64,000 nucleotides of DNA. It comes from Paraspadella gotoi (Eukaryota > Animalia > Chaetognatha). A program made the translations under genes and the position numbers. Positions 1-13,280 of this stretch are shown piece after piece. A model generated the notes under the pieces. It made no database searches. It was not told the origin of the DNA and was given only the letters and a program-made list of their open reading frames with translations. Where the stretch lies: contig CM119267.1 of NCBI GenBank assembly GCA_051294375.1, forward strand, positions 24,254,137 to 24,318,136. The letters are read 5' to 3'. Each line of letters opens with the position of its first letter. The first letter of the stretch is position 1.

Positions 1-65
<65 letters not shown>
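1..65. repeat. (GA)n microsatellite (one of many GA/TC tracts, e.g. 9549-9627, 11815-11877, 34457-34680, 35515-35632, 39093-39232)
   Basis: Direct reading of the dinucleotide runs. Confidence 0.98.
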
Positions 66-69
<4 letters not shown>

Positions 70-100
70 TTGACGATTGGACAAAGAGAAAAAAAAACAG

Positions 101-150
101 AACCTTAACCCTAACCCTAACCAAAGCTAACCTAACCCTAACCTTAAACT
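101..150. repeat. Short degenerate (CCCTAA/CCTAA)n telomere-like interstitial repeat
   Basis: aaccttaaccctaaccctaaccaaagctaacctaaccctaaccttaa; only a few imperfect units, and it is internal. Confidence 0.6.
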
Positions 151-569
151 TTAAAAATAAAATGGAGACACACGCTCGTGAAACCTAAATCCTTATATAA
201 TTTCCTTCAGTCTGACATTTACTGTTGGCGAAGAAAGAAACTGAGGAGAAAAAAAAAAGAAAGAAAACAAATGACCTGAAAAAAAAAAAGAAAAGAAAAA
301 GAAAAACGTGAGTCGAGGTCGTCGGTTCGGGTCAACAAAACGACCGTCACAAAACATATCAATCTAGTCAGGTCAACGAACTATAATCCAAGATGACGCA
401 GAATATCAATTCTGCAAACAACATGTTTTATATCTATTTAGAAAACTAATAATAAAATAATAATAATTTTTTTTTAGATTTAGATAATCTAAAACCAAAA
501 TTAATTAAAAAAATTAATGATGATAATAATAAAAATAAAAAATATAGAATTAATAAATAATAAGTAATA

Positions 570-605
<36 letters not shown>

Positions 606-704
606 AATATAATAATAATAATAATAAAAATAATAATAATAGCAATAAATAATTTTAAAGAATATTTTAAAATAAAAAACTTAAAATGGTGAAACAATTT
701 TCAT

Positions 705-977
705 AGGTCAACGAACGACTATATGGGATAACAGAAGATAGCAATTTGGCGAGTAAAAGGCGACTAGATCCAGGATAACATAAGCGATCAATTAGGCATG
801 TCTACAAATAACTATCTGGGATAACTGAGAAGGTAAATATGGCAGGTCAATGAGGGTTTATCCCGGATAACGTAGAAAATAAATTATGCAGGCCAATGAG
901 TGATTACACGGGAAAACATACAAGATTAATTAAGCAATAGCACAAATTACTCTCCCGGATAACAGTGAATAAATGTC
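705..977. repeat. Diverged ~46-bp tandem array (6 units; an orphan unit at ~369-416)
   Basis: A recurring GGATAAC core and an AGGTCAA/…GC frame at a ~46-bp period (units start near 705, 751, 798, 844, 890, 936). Confidence 0.6.
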
Positions 978-1759
978 GTTGTGAAAGATTCTTGCAGGAT
1001 TCTGCTTTGTTGTTATCTTGTAGGTGAGATGGAGGACGTAAACCACCACACACCACAGTCTGTCTAAAGTCAGGATTAACATAACTTATTTGTTAAAACG
1101 AAACGATAATTTTTAAATTGGCTGTACCAACTTCATAGAGAATAAATTGGGTAGGTTGAACGCTATCTGGTACCACCTAGTACCTACAAATTGAGAGTCA
1201 GAATCTAGTTCTCAGACACAATTTAGACCCAATTTGCAGTCTACCATTTAACGGATTTTATCCGAGTCGCGGATCAGATTCTATTCTTGATTCCGATTCC
1301 ATCTGCAGTCATAAAATATCCTTCTTTAACCAACCAAGTTTTGGCAAAGTTTTTTTTTTTTTAAATGTTCCATCAGTCAATCGATCAAACTTGAGAATCA
1401 GAGTCGCTCGCATCGTCGTCCCCCGACCGACCATTTAGATTCGACGGCGTCGGCCATTGGTCGAGCTCAAACGGACGAAGTCGAACGTCAAACGTCAAAC
1501 GTCAAACAGTAAAAGGTCAACAAGGAAGGGTCACGCGTCAACAAACAAAAAGTCAGAAAGGCGCGCGCGGGCGAGCCTAACGACCGGTCGCCATGGCAAC
1601 GAAAAATGGAGCGGAATCGAGAGAAGAGAAAAAAGAAAGAGGGCGACTGTCTATCTTTTTGTCTGTATGTCAGTCGGTAAGGGGGTTTTTTTTTTTGGTC
1701 TCTCTTGTTCTCCTTCGTTGGGCCTTACTTTTTCTAAACAAATAATTGTTTTATGCGTA

Positions 1760-1960
1760 AACATTTATTTTTTTTTGGTCTTTTTACGTCGGATCTTTAA
1801 CGCGTCTGGTTATGACTTTTATTTAACATTTAACATTTAACATTTACTTAGCATTTATTTTTTTGGTCTTTTTACGTCGGAACTTTAACGCGTCTGGTTA
1901 TGACTTTTATTTAACATTTAACATTAAACATTTACTTAACATTTATTTTTTTGGTCTTTT
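1760..1960. repeat. ~90-bp tandem duplication (about 2.3 copies)
   Basis: catttattttttttggtctttttacgtcgga...aacgcgtctggttatgacttttatttaacatttaaca is repeated. Confidence 0.85.
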
Positions 1961-2140
1961 GACGATGCTTTTGTCTCCGCTTTCAGTATTCTACCTGCTC
2001 TAACCGTTTTGGTCTCTTCTTTTATCAATGCTTTCGTCTCCGCTTTTTATCCTTGCTTTTTCTCTAACGAAAAAATAAAGCGCAAAGAAAGCAGGAAGGT
2101 CTTTTTATGGTACGTCGTTGTAGCCGTCGTCGTCGTCGTC

Positions 2141-2870
2141 GCGGCAGCGCGTATCAGGCCAAGAGAACATAAAGTAGCCCTGGGATCTTTCCAGCAAGGA
2201 TCGCTTCCCAATCCGGCACTTCATCAGTTCGCGTCATACTCTCCTCTCAGCCACTGACACCCAATGACCCGTCATCATCGTCCTTGTCTTCATTTGCATA
2301 AAAACAAGGCGGGCCAGCTCACTTTGAGCTCTTTCTTCCCTTGTAATTTCACTATCTTAATCTCCTAATTTATCAACTTAACTAAAAACTACTTTCTTTT
2401 CATATTTCATATTTTCACTTAACTATCCCTTACCTAATTACTTATTTATTCACTAGTTAAATGTTAAAATTTTCTCCTAATGTTAGTTTTTCAAACTCCT
2501 TTATCTTTTGTTGTACATTGCAAAAATGCTATCTTTATTAGTATATCTCTGTTGTTTGTTCTTCTCTCTCTCACTCTCTTCTCTTCTCTACTCTTTAACA
2601 AGTTTCACTTCTTTTCACAACCTCACTCAATCTGTTCCTCACCTTCAACCTGGTCCCTCACATCTGACCACCTATTCTGCTCTCACCACTTTGTATTGGA
2701 AAAACTTTTACCCTCTCTCTCTCTCTCTCTCTCTCTTTCACCACACTCTTTCTTTTGCACAGAAAATTTATTATTGAATTGTCATATGTCTGATGCAAGC
2801 TTGAAATAAGCAAGCCGAAACATGTCCAAACTAACTAATAAAAAATCTTGTTAAAATTCCAAAATTCTTT
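2141..2870 (+). mobile_element. 5'-truncated Penelope-like element 3' end (pLTR)
   Basis: Reverse complement of ~28630-29345, which runs directly into the PLE GIY-YIG/RT ORF. It contains the hammerhead motif. Confidence 0.8.
2783..2832 (+). ncRNA. Minimal type I hammerhead ribozyme (noisy copy)
   Basis: CTGATG(c)A-AGCTTG aaataag CAAGCC-GAAA-CATG-TC, followed by AATAAA. One or two base errors relative to the other copies. Confidence 0.7.
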
Positions 2871-5727
2871 GCTCTCCTCTAGATCTTTTATTTTAGAACT
2901 TTTTGTTGTTTCTAATTATTTTTATTTTATTATACTTAGTAGTATATTATAGTGTATATAGTAGTGATTATCAATTTTTTTCTTCTTTTTCTCCTCTTAT
3001 CTCTTTTCTTTTTCCTTTCCTTTTTTCACTTATCTTTCTTTTTTACTTTTTTCCTATTTTCTCCTTTTCTCTTTCTTTTTTTCCTTTTCCTTAATTTCTC
3101 CTTTTTTCCCATATTTTCTCCTTTTCATCTCTTCATTTTTTCCTTTTCCTTTTTTCCCTTTTTTTCTTTTTTTTCCCCTTTTTTTTGCGGACGCCGAAAT
3201 AAATGCGACGAAGATTTCCTTTTCCTTCCGACTTGAGCGAACGAATCCCGCACATTCGTACCGGGAATTCCTGGTGGGGAGGCACACATTACTCGGCACA
3301 TTTGTTCGGGAGGGAAAGCCATATTGGCATTAAATGTCGGAGGCACATTTGCCTGCACATTCGTCTGAGAGGAATGGCAATATACGCAAATTCGTCTGAG
3401 TTGTGGTCCGTAGTATTCTAGAATACTGGTGCTTTTTTTGTTACTCTTTTTGTATTTAACATTATATTTCATATTAGTATAATAAAAATTGATTAGTGTA
3501 GTGTGGCTCATTGAATTCAGCTCATGACCACTATGCGTACCGCGCGTCCAATCCCAACCGGTACCCTACTCTACGGGAACTTGCAGAGACGGCCGTTAAA
3601 ACCGGGACTTAGTGGGCGTGTGAAAAACCTGCGAAAAGCTGGTTCCTAGCTCAGGAACCCGTTCCATTATTGCTGCTGAGCGGGCACGGAAGTTACGGAT
3701 TAGTTACGTGCTTCAGCCTACTTGGCGCCTTCGTCCTCAATAATAATACATATAGAATAATATACCATTTTTTAAAAAAATATAAACACTCCTAAACTAA
3801 ACTATTGCGCATTATAATAATGCTCTTTAATTTTATAAAAGGTGCTGTGCCAAGATATCCCCGACTAAGGTTACCAGAGTAATAGAATCGCATTAAAAAG
3901 AATCATACCTCGTGATCTCAATGTCCCCAGACATGCGCCAGTTCTGTTGAAAAAAATTTGACTCTGTCACTGGAAAACTGTTGTGTCCTTCGTCGACCGA
4001 CAAGAGCCCGATGAACTTCCTATCATTGACGGCTTTCTTATTGGGCGTGACACTGTCCTCTATGCGCTGGCAGTACGTGGACTGTCGACCAATCTCGTCC
4101 TGGCACCGGGCATCAAGGCACTTCCGATGAGGCTCGTTCTTCTTGGGCGTGGAACTTCAATCCAGTCTTTGTTTCATCACAGCCGAAAATGTGCCACTTT
4201 TGATCAGGACTCATTACTTAATGTAGGTGACTTTTCAACGGCAGACTCAATTCTCTTGGGATTGGCACTTCCAATCCAGTCTTGTTCTTTGGCCGTGTGC
4301 AACCGTGGCACTTGCCGACCAGCACACACTTTTCACTTCGTAACACTTTTCTAACAGTATCGTTCCTCTGAGCGTGCAACCGTCGCACTTCCATCCAGTC
4401 TTGTTCCTTCGGCGTGGCAACCGTGGCACTTGCGATCAGAACACATTTCACTTCGTAACCACTTTCCTAACAGTCTCGTTCCTCTGGAGCGTGCGCAACC
4501 GTGGCAACTCCGGCTTCCAAACGCCACGCCATCGACTTCCTGCCAAACGCGGTCGCCAAAATTTATATCCTCGTTTCCAGTCGTCAATCGCAGAGAGAAT
4601 TGGAAGTCTTGCCACTTTGCTGAAGATTCACTCTCAAGATTCCGTCTTCTGTTGTGAATATTTGTTGTACCTGTTTTCACTCGATGTTTATATAGGTTGT
4701 TTATTGTTATTGTTATAAAGACTTAATCTAATAAAAAATAATCTCATATCAGAAAAGTAAAAAATAACCCAAAACATCGACGCTTATATGGATATTATTA
4801 GATATTGTTTAAATAATGTTATATTGATTTGGCATCGAACTGAAGTGATTTAAGAATCTATAAAAAGAAATATTCTATACTTTACCCGGTAGACGAATTT
4901 AAGGTGTAGTTTTGTCTTCTTTTGAATTTTTTTGGTTTTTTCTTTCCCCGAAACTTGTCTTTTCGTAATTCACAGTTGCGGCTTCTTTAATTTTAAGTCA
5001 ATCCTTTAAAGCTTGCTCCACTATAGTTTTCTTTTTTCCTTCTTCTTTTTTTTTTTAAAAGCTCCTTTAAACCACGATCGGACTGCCTTTTATTACTCCT
5101 TTCCGTTTTTTCTCAACTTGCTCCTATTGAAATTGGCTTCTCAATTACTGATTACAAAAGACTTTTACACTCTTTTTATTAATATTATTAGTTTTTTTCA
5201 CTTTTTCTTTTTTTTAGTCTCGAGTAATATAATCCTCTGGTATATATTCTTCTATCTTTTTACTTTTCGTATCTCCCGCGTTATATATTTCTTTTACTCC
5301 GCAGTCCTCGTTTCCACCAATCTCCGCTCGGACCGGCTTCACTCCCATACCCCGGCCGATCCTTCCGCCGTCTGTTCGCTCCGCCTCCGCGGAAAAAAAA
5401 TGGAGGGATGAAAAAGTTTAGTAGCGAGAATTCAGACGCTGGCGGCAATTCCCGATGGCTACCTGGAGGCGGGGAAGGGGGAGGTGAGGGCAGTAGGAGG
5501 AGGGAGGAGGAGGAATAGAGAGAAAAAGCGTAAAGATGGTAGTGAATGAGAGTTTGTGAAGAGGCAGGAAAAGGAGAACGATGAATTAAGGAAAAAAGGA
5601 ATTAAGCTAAAGGAGAAAAAATAAGGTGCATGGAGGTAAGAGGAGGGGGAGGAGTTTGTTATGAGACGCCAGGTCCCTCCTTAATGGAGGAAAACCGGGG
5701 GCTTGCTAATAATGTTTAGACGCTCCT

Positions 5728-5767
<40 letters not shown>

Positions 5768-5959
5768 ACTCTCTCGTCTCTCTATGCGAAATCATAATAA
5801 ATTCTTGCGGCGGTCGTTTCCAGCCAGAGGCGCAAGACACTTCCCCTTCTCTCCTTCCAGGTTCAGCGACGCTTCGTTCAACGAGGACACGGCTTCGTCC
5901 ACATGGCTCTTCTTCATATGGTTCTGTTGTATTCTGTCTATTAGCTCTAAGAAGTTCTA

Positions 5960-6830
5960 AAATGGTGTCTCTTAGTTTTTGCTTATTCTTAGTATGTTTC
6001 TTCATATGGGTTCTTTAGGTTTATTGCTATCTTAAGTATGTTTCTTCATATGGTTTCTCTTTAGCGTTTATTGCCTATTCTTAGTATCTATCTTCATATG
6101 TTCTCTTAGGTTTTATTGCTCATTCTTGAGGTAATAGTTTCTTTCCATATGCGTTCTCTTAGGTTTTATTGCTATTCTTAGTATGTTTCTTTCATATGCG
6201 GTTTCTCTTTAGTTTTATTGCTATCTTAGATGTTTTTATAGGTTTCTTATGTATTCTATTCTTTTGGAGTTTTCATGGTCTCTTAGGTTTTATTGACTTA
6301 TTTAGTATGATGTTATTCATATGGTTTCTGGTTATCTCTTATTCTTATTATGTTTCTTAGTATGGTTCTCTCGTTTTTTGCATCTAGTATGGTTATAGCG
6401 TTTCTCTTAGGTTTTATTGCTATTCTGTGAGTATGTTTAATCTCATAATGATTGCTCTTATAGGTTTTATTGGCTTATTCTTCATGTTTCTCATATTGGT
6501 GTCTCTTAAGGTTTTATTGCTATTCTTAGTATGTTTCTTCATATGTTCTCTTAGGTTTTATATGCTATTCTTAGTATGTTTACATTCATTATGTCTATAT
6601 TTCAATTCTTCTTAGGATTTTTCTTACTTATTCTTAGTATGTTTCTTCATATGGTTGTCTAGTTTATTGCTATTCTTAGTATGTTTCATTCATATGGTCT
6701 CTTAGGATTTATTGCTATTCTTAGTATGTTTTACCAAATGGTTCTCTTTAGGTTATATTTGGCTATTCTTAGCTATTGTCTTTACTCATAAGGTTGTCCT
6801 AAGGTTTATTGTACTTTTCAGATTCTGCAG
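5960..6830. repeat. 45-bp minisatellite (noisy copy, ~18-19 units)
   Basis: Unit tatggttctcttaggttttattgctattcttagtatgtttcttca. Confidence 0.9.
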
Positions 6831-8231
6831 TAGGTTAGCTATGTTCTTCCGAGTTTGATTGTTCTTCTTAGTATTGTTCTTTTTTAGTTTCACTCGCTTT
6901 TGTATGTTCTTCTTTTCTATTATTTTCCCTTAGTGTTCTCCTCATATGCTATTCGTTCTGGGCTTTATTTTTTTTTCTTTGTCTTTTAATTTTGTTTCCC
7001 TTTCCCTTTTATACAGTACTGTATTTTTGACAGTTAATATCTCAGATCTAAGGCTTATTCCATGCAATGTATATCTGTTAGATGTGTTATGGTTCAAAAT
7101 TTCCCATTGTTCCCTTCGTCTTATATCGATTGCTGGTAATAAAATCTTTCTCAAGCTTTTTTGGTTAAGTAAAAAAAGTTATAGCCGTTAAGAAATATAA
7201 GACTTACATGCCCAACTGCTTTCAATGTTTTATAAGAATTAGCGACGATCTTTTATTATTTTCTGCTTTGACTCTGAAATTGCAGAATTCGTTTTTGTTT
7301 TTTGCGTAAGTTTTAGTGCAATCGCAGTGAGCGTTCAACACTGATTCAATTTTACACATTGCAGTTTAAGAATTGTTTTGGTGCTTTTTCATTTCATATT
7401 TTTAGATGTTTGGGAAAAATTATTTGTTATGGTTATAAAGTTTGCGTGAATTTATGCGGGTTTCAAACGATAGAAAGTCACTCACCTTTTATTTTTTAGC
7501 TTCAATTACAGTTAAAATGTCAAGTTTTGCATATTTATTTGTGAGTTACTTTGACATTAGTTTTTAGTATTATTTATTTTCCGCCCAGACTTTCTAACAC
7601 CTGGGCGATGGCATTACCACCTGGGCACTTGGGCATTGCCACCTGGCCGCATTAGCCACCCGGATTTTGAGATGCTAGCGGCCTATAGGTCAGCGCAGAA
7701 ACAGTTGTCGCCGCCCCTTCGAGCCTTCAGCGCCGCGCCTTTCTGTTCCTACGGCGGCTATTTTACCGGACCTGCAACTTTTAATGCCGAGCAATTGCGT
7801 GAATTAGATTCAAAGGAAGCGTTAAAGTTGTATATTAACGCCCCTTATCCGCGGCGCCGGCTTTGCAGACAGCGACCCCGGCATTGCGATACAAGCATTA
7901 TAATTATCTAAAAATATATGCTTCTTTGTTTTCTCTCTTAACATTTTTTGTTCGGATATTTAATTTCTTTATTCAATTGATATCTTCTCTCACACTGTCA
8001 AAGCTTCACAGCCTTTGAAGTTCTTTTAAATTATTTCAGTCGATCTTCTTAGATTTCTATAGTATAAACAACTTAATTTCTACCAACATCCTTTTTTGTT
8101 GTTTTTCCGTATTTCCTTCTCCTCTCTGTCTCCCTCTCTATCTTTTACTCGTGTTGATAACAACTTTGAGGAATCACGTTCTCGAAGAGAGAGAGAAACG
8201 AGAGAGAGAGAGAAGAGAAGAGAGAGAGAAG

Positions 8232-8274
<43 letters not shown>

Positions 8275-9545
8275 AGAGAGAGAAATAAATTCTCCGTTAC
8301 GATACACTCATTACATTTTTGCCGTGACTTGCATATTTCTGAATCTATGTTTACAACCGTTAAAAGTCATCAATGAAAAATGTTATTTTTATTAATATTT
8401 TCGTTTACAGATTACGAATAAAAGGATTCTTATAATTAGGTAAAAGTATGTATGTAGTTACTCTTTATCTATAAAGTATACAAACAATCAAACATTTGTC
8501 CTCGATCTTAATTCCAAAACTTCATCCATGCAGCCTCATTCTCGAATTTAGTTCGCGGAGCCGAAATATTATTGTTCGCGATTACCCCACATAACCCACC
8601 CCCCGCAGCCGCGCCGGTCCCGCACGCCAGCATCCTCCTCCGCAGCGGCGCCAGTCCCGCATGCAAGCATCCGTCCCCGGCAAGCTTCCATGCGAACGCA
8701 GCCATTTCGTCCTTCGACTCAAAATGAATTTTCGAAACCAAAAAGTTCACGTGAACATTTATTTCACTCGTAAAGTCACGATTACATTCGTTGGCGTCAA
8801 TTAAAAATGATATAATTTAGCGTCTTCGTTACCAATGGTGACGTAATCGCCACTCACCCCCCGTCTTTCTCCCCCCCGTCTTCCCATCCGCGACGTTTTC
8901 TTTTTATTTCTTCAATTGCGCCTTTCGCGTTTTCGTGTCCAACTGAGAGGAAGTAACGACGACAACGAGGGACAGACGGACGANNNNNNNNNNNNNNNNN
9001 NNNNNNNNATTGGTAACGAAGACGCTAAATTATATCATTTTTAAATTGACGCCAACGAATGTAATCGTGACTTTACGAGTGAAAATAAATGTTCACGTGA
9101 AACTTTTTGGTTTCGAAATTCATTTTGAGTCGAAGGGACGAAATGGCTGCGTCGCATGGAAGCTGCCGGGGACGGATGCTGCTGCGGGACTGGCGCCGCT
9201 GCGGAGGAGGATGCTGCTGCGGGACCGGCGCGGCTGCGGGGGTGGGTTATGTGGGGTAATCGCGAAATAATTAATTTATCGGCTCCGCGAACTAAATTCG
9301 AAATGAGCTGCATGGATGAAGTTTGGAATTAAGATCGAGGCAACAATGTTTGATTGTTTGTATACTTATATAGATAAAGAGTAATACATACATACTTTTA
9401 CCATAATTATAAAATCTTTATTCGTAATCTGTAACGAAAATTTAATAAAAAAAACATTTTTTCATTGATGACTTTAACGTTGTAAAATAGATTCAGAAAT
9501 ATGCAAGTCACGCAAAAATGTAATGAGTGTATCGTAACGGAGAAT

Positions 9546-9628
<83 letters not shown>

Positions 9629-10929
9629 CGAGAACTCGATTCCTCAAAGGTTGTTATCACGAGTCCAAAGATAGAGAGGGAGACAGAGAGGGAGAGGAAA
9701 TACGGAAAAAACAAAAAAAGGATGTGGTAGAAATTAATGATACTATAGAAATCTAAGAAAGATCGAATGAAAAAATTTAAAGGAACTTCAAGGCTGTGAG
9801 CTTGACAGTGTGAGAGAGATATCAATTGAATAAAGAAATTAAATATCGAACAAAAATTAAAGAGAAAACAAAGAACAATATTTTTAGAATAATTATAATG
9901 CTTGTATCGCAATGCCGTCTGTCTCAAAGGCGGCCGCCGCGATAAGGGGCGTTAATACAACTTTACGCTTCCTTTGAATTCTAACTTCACGCAATCTCGG
10001 CACTAAAAGTTGCAGTTCCGGTAAAATAGCGCCGAGGAACCGAAGGCGCCGGCGCTGAAGCTCGAAGGGGCGGCGACAACAGTTCTGCGCTGACCTATAG
10101 GCGCTGGCAATCCGAATCCAGGTGGCAATGCCGAGCCAAGGTGGCAACGCCCTGTGCCCAGGTGGTAATGCCTCGCCCAGGTGTTAGAAGTCTNNNNNNN
10201 NNNNNNNNNNNNNNNNNNAGTCTGGCGGAAATAAATAATACTAAAAACTAATGTCAAAGTACTCAACAAATAAATATCAAAACTTTGACATTTTAACTGT
10301 AATTGAAGCTAAAAATAAAAAAGTAAGCTGCTTCTTCTTTGAAACCGCATAAATTCACCAACTTTATAACCATAACAAATAATTTTTCCAAACTCTAAAA
10401 ATATGCAATGAAAAAAGCACCAAAAACAACTTCTTAAACGTGCCACAATGATGTAAAATTGAATCAGGTTGAACGCCACTCGGATTGCACTAAACTTACC
10501 AAAAACAAAAGTACGAATTCTGCAATTTTCAGAGTCAAAGCAAAAATAATAAAAGATCGTCGCTAATTCTTATAAACATTGAAACCAGTTGGGCATTAGT
10601 CTTATATTTTCTTAACAGCTAATAACTTTTTTTACTACCAAAAAAGTTGAGAAAGATATTTATTACCACAATCGATATAAGACAAGGGAACAATGGAAAA
10701 TTTTGAACCATACACATCTAAAGATATACATTGATGGAATAACCTTAGATCTGAGATTACTGTCAAAAATACAGTACTGTATAAAGGGAAAGGGAAACAA
10801 AATTAAAACAAAGAAAAAAAAATAAAGCCAGAACGAAACAATATGAAGGAGAACACTAAGGGAAAATAATAGAAAGAAGAACATAAAAAGGAAGTGAAAC
10901 TAAAAAAGAACAATACTAGAAGAACATAA

Positions 10930-11700
10930 CTCGAGACATACTAATACAGAATGGTACAATAACTAGACACCTTATGAGAAACTACAAGATAGCAAATAAG
11001 AGAACCATTTGTAACAACTAAGAATAGCAAATCCTAAGCCATATGAAGAGTACTAAATAGCAATATACACCATATAAGAAACAACTAAATAGTAGAAATC
11101 TAACGAAGAGACATAATGAAGTAAACATCGCAAATAGCAATAACCTAAGAGAACTATGAAGAAACATACTAGAATAGCAATAAACCTAAGAGACACCATG
11201 ATGATAACTAAGACATAGCAATAAAACCTATAGAGCACATATATGAGAACATACTAAGAATAGCAATAAAAACCTAAGAGAGACCATATGAAAGAAACAT
11301 ACTAAGATAGCAATAAACCTAAGAGAACCAATCGAAGAAAATCATACTAGAATAGCAATAAAACCTAAGAGAACCATATGAAGAAACATACTAAGAATAG
11401 CAATAAAACTCAAGAGAATCCATATGAAGAAACATACTAAGAATAGCAATAAAACCTAAGAGAACCATATGGAAGAAACATACTAAGAATAGCAATAAAA
11501 CCTAAGAGAACCATATGAAAACATACTAAGAATAGCAATAAACCTAAGAGAAACCATATGAAGAAACATACTAAGAATAGCAATAAAACCTAAGAGAACC
11601 ATATGAAGAAACATACTAAGAATAAGCAATAAAACTAAGAGAACCATATGAAGAAACATACTAGAATAGCAAAAAACCTAAGAGAACCATATGAAGAAGA
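10930..11700. repeat. 45-bp minisatellite (reverse orientation, ~17 units)
   Basis: Unit gaaccatatgaagaaacatactaagaatagcaataaaacctaaga. Confidence 0.9.
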
Positions 11701-11813
11701 GCCATGTGATGAACGTGTCTCGTTGAACGAGCGTCGTGAAACTGGAAGGAGAGAAGGGGGAAGTGTTTTTGCCTTCTGGCTGGAACGACGCCGCAAGAAT
11801 ATTATGATTTTCC

Positions 11814-11876
<63 letters not shown>

Positions 11877-13030
11877 GCGTCTAAAATTATTAAGCAAGCC
11901 CCGTTTTCCTCCATTAAGGAGGGACCGGCGTCTCATAAACAAACTCCCTCCCCTCCTCTTCCTCCATCACCTTATTTTTTCTCCTTTCCTTAATTCCTTT
12001 CCTTAATTCTCGTTCTCCTTTTCTGCTCTTTCACAAACTCTCATTTCACTACCTTTCCCTTTTTCTCTCTATCTCCTCCTCCTCCTCCTCCTACTCCCCC
12101 TCCCTCCCCCCTTCCCCGCCTCCAGGTACCATCGGGAATTCCGCCGCGTCTGAATTCTCGCCTCTACTTTTTCTCCTCCATTTTTTTCGCGGAGGCGGAG
12201 CGATACAGACGGCGGAAGGATCGGCCGGGGGTTGGGAGTGAAGCGGTCCGGAGGCGGAGATTGGTGGAACGAGACTGCGGAGAAAAGAATATATAACGCG
12301 GGAGACGAAATAAAAAGACTAGAAGAATATATACCAGAGGATTATATTACTCGAGACAAGAAAAAAGAAAAAGTGAAAAAACTAATAATATTAATAAAAA
12401 AAGAGTGTAAAAGTCTTTGTAATCAGTAATTGAGAAGCCATTTAAAGGAGCAATTGAGAAAAAACGGAAAGGAGTAATAAAAGGAGTCGATCGTGAGTTT
12501 AAAGGAGCTTTTAAAAAAAAAGAGAAAGGAAAAAAAAACTTAGTGGAGCAAGCTTAAAGGATTGACTTAAACTTAAAGAAGCCCAACTGTGAATTCGAAA
12601 GACAAGTTTCGGGGAAGAAAAACCTAAAAAAATTCAAAAGAGACAAAACTCACCTTAAATTCGTTCTCCGGTAAGTATTAGAATATTTCTTTTTATAGAT
12701 TTTATTCACTTCAGTTCGATCCAAACAATATTAACCATTATTAAACAATATTAATAATATCCATAAGCGTCGATGTTTTGGGTTATTTTTCCTTTTTTCT
12801 GATATGAGATTTTTTTTATTAGATTAGTCTTATAAACACTAACAATAAACAACCTAATAAATCGAGTGAAAACAGTAAACAAATATTCACAACAGAAGAC
12901 GGAATCTTGAGAGTGAATCTTCACAAAGTGGCAAGACTTCCAATTCTCTCTCGATTGACGACTGGAACGAGATATAATATTTGGGCGCCGCGTTGCAAGG
13001 AAGTCGATGGGCGTGGCGTTTTGGAGCCGG

Positions 13031-13280
13031 AGTTGCCACGGTTGCCACGCTCAGAGGAACGATACTGTTAGGAAAGTGTTACAAAGTGAAAATGTATCTG
13101 ATCGCAAGTGCCACGGTTGCCACGCCGAAGGAAACAAGACTGGATGGAAGTGCCACGGTTGCCACGCTCAGAGGAACGATACTGTTAGAAAGTGTTACGA
13201 AGTGAAAATGTTGTCTGGTCGCAAGTGCCACGGTTGCCACGCCAAAGGAACAAGACTGGATTGGAAGTGCCATCCCAAGA
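13031..13280. repeat. Bipartite 75+42-bp tandem repeat with AAGTGCCACGGTTGCCACGC core (also at ~4260-4510 and 27061-27300)
   Basis: The core recurs at about 13031, 13106, 13148, 13223 and 13265. In copy 3 it recurs at 27061, 27135, 27176, 27250 and 27291 (period 74+41). Confidence 0.9.

Larger units (their letters stand above)
2141..8836 (+). repeat. Composite ~6.7-kb repeat unit, copy 1 (Penelope pLTR + hammerhead, GC islands, 115-117-bp repeat, 45-bp minisatellite)
   Basis: Collinear reverse complement of 9009-15315, and of 15426-15930/19791-21736/25894-29345. This copy has many extra single-base indels. Confidence 0.92.

Noticed and set aside
101-150. True telomere
   Set aside because: There are only a few degenerate units and they are internal. 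The (TAAGG)n tract at ~58060-58480 is likewise degenerate and not TTAGG/TTAGGG.
8940-8983. PacBio SMRTbell adapter remnant at the centre of the large inverted repeat
   Set aside because: The resemblance is loose, and (GAC/AAC)n runs are common native repeats in this window.
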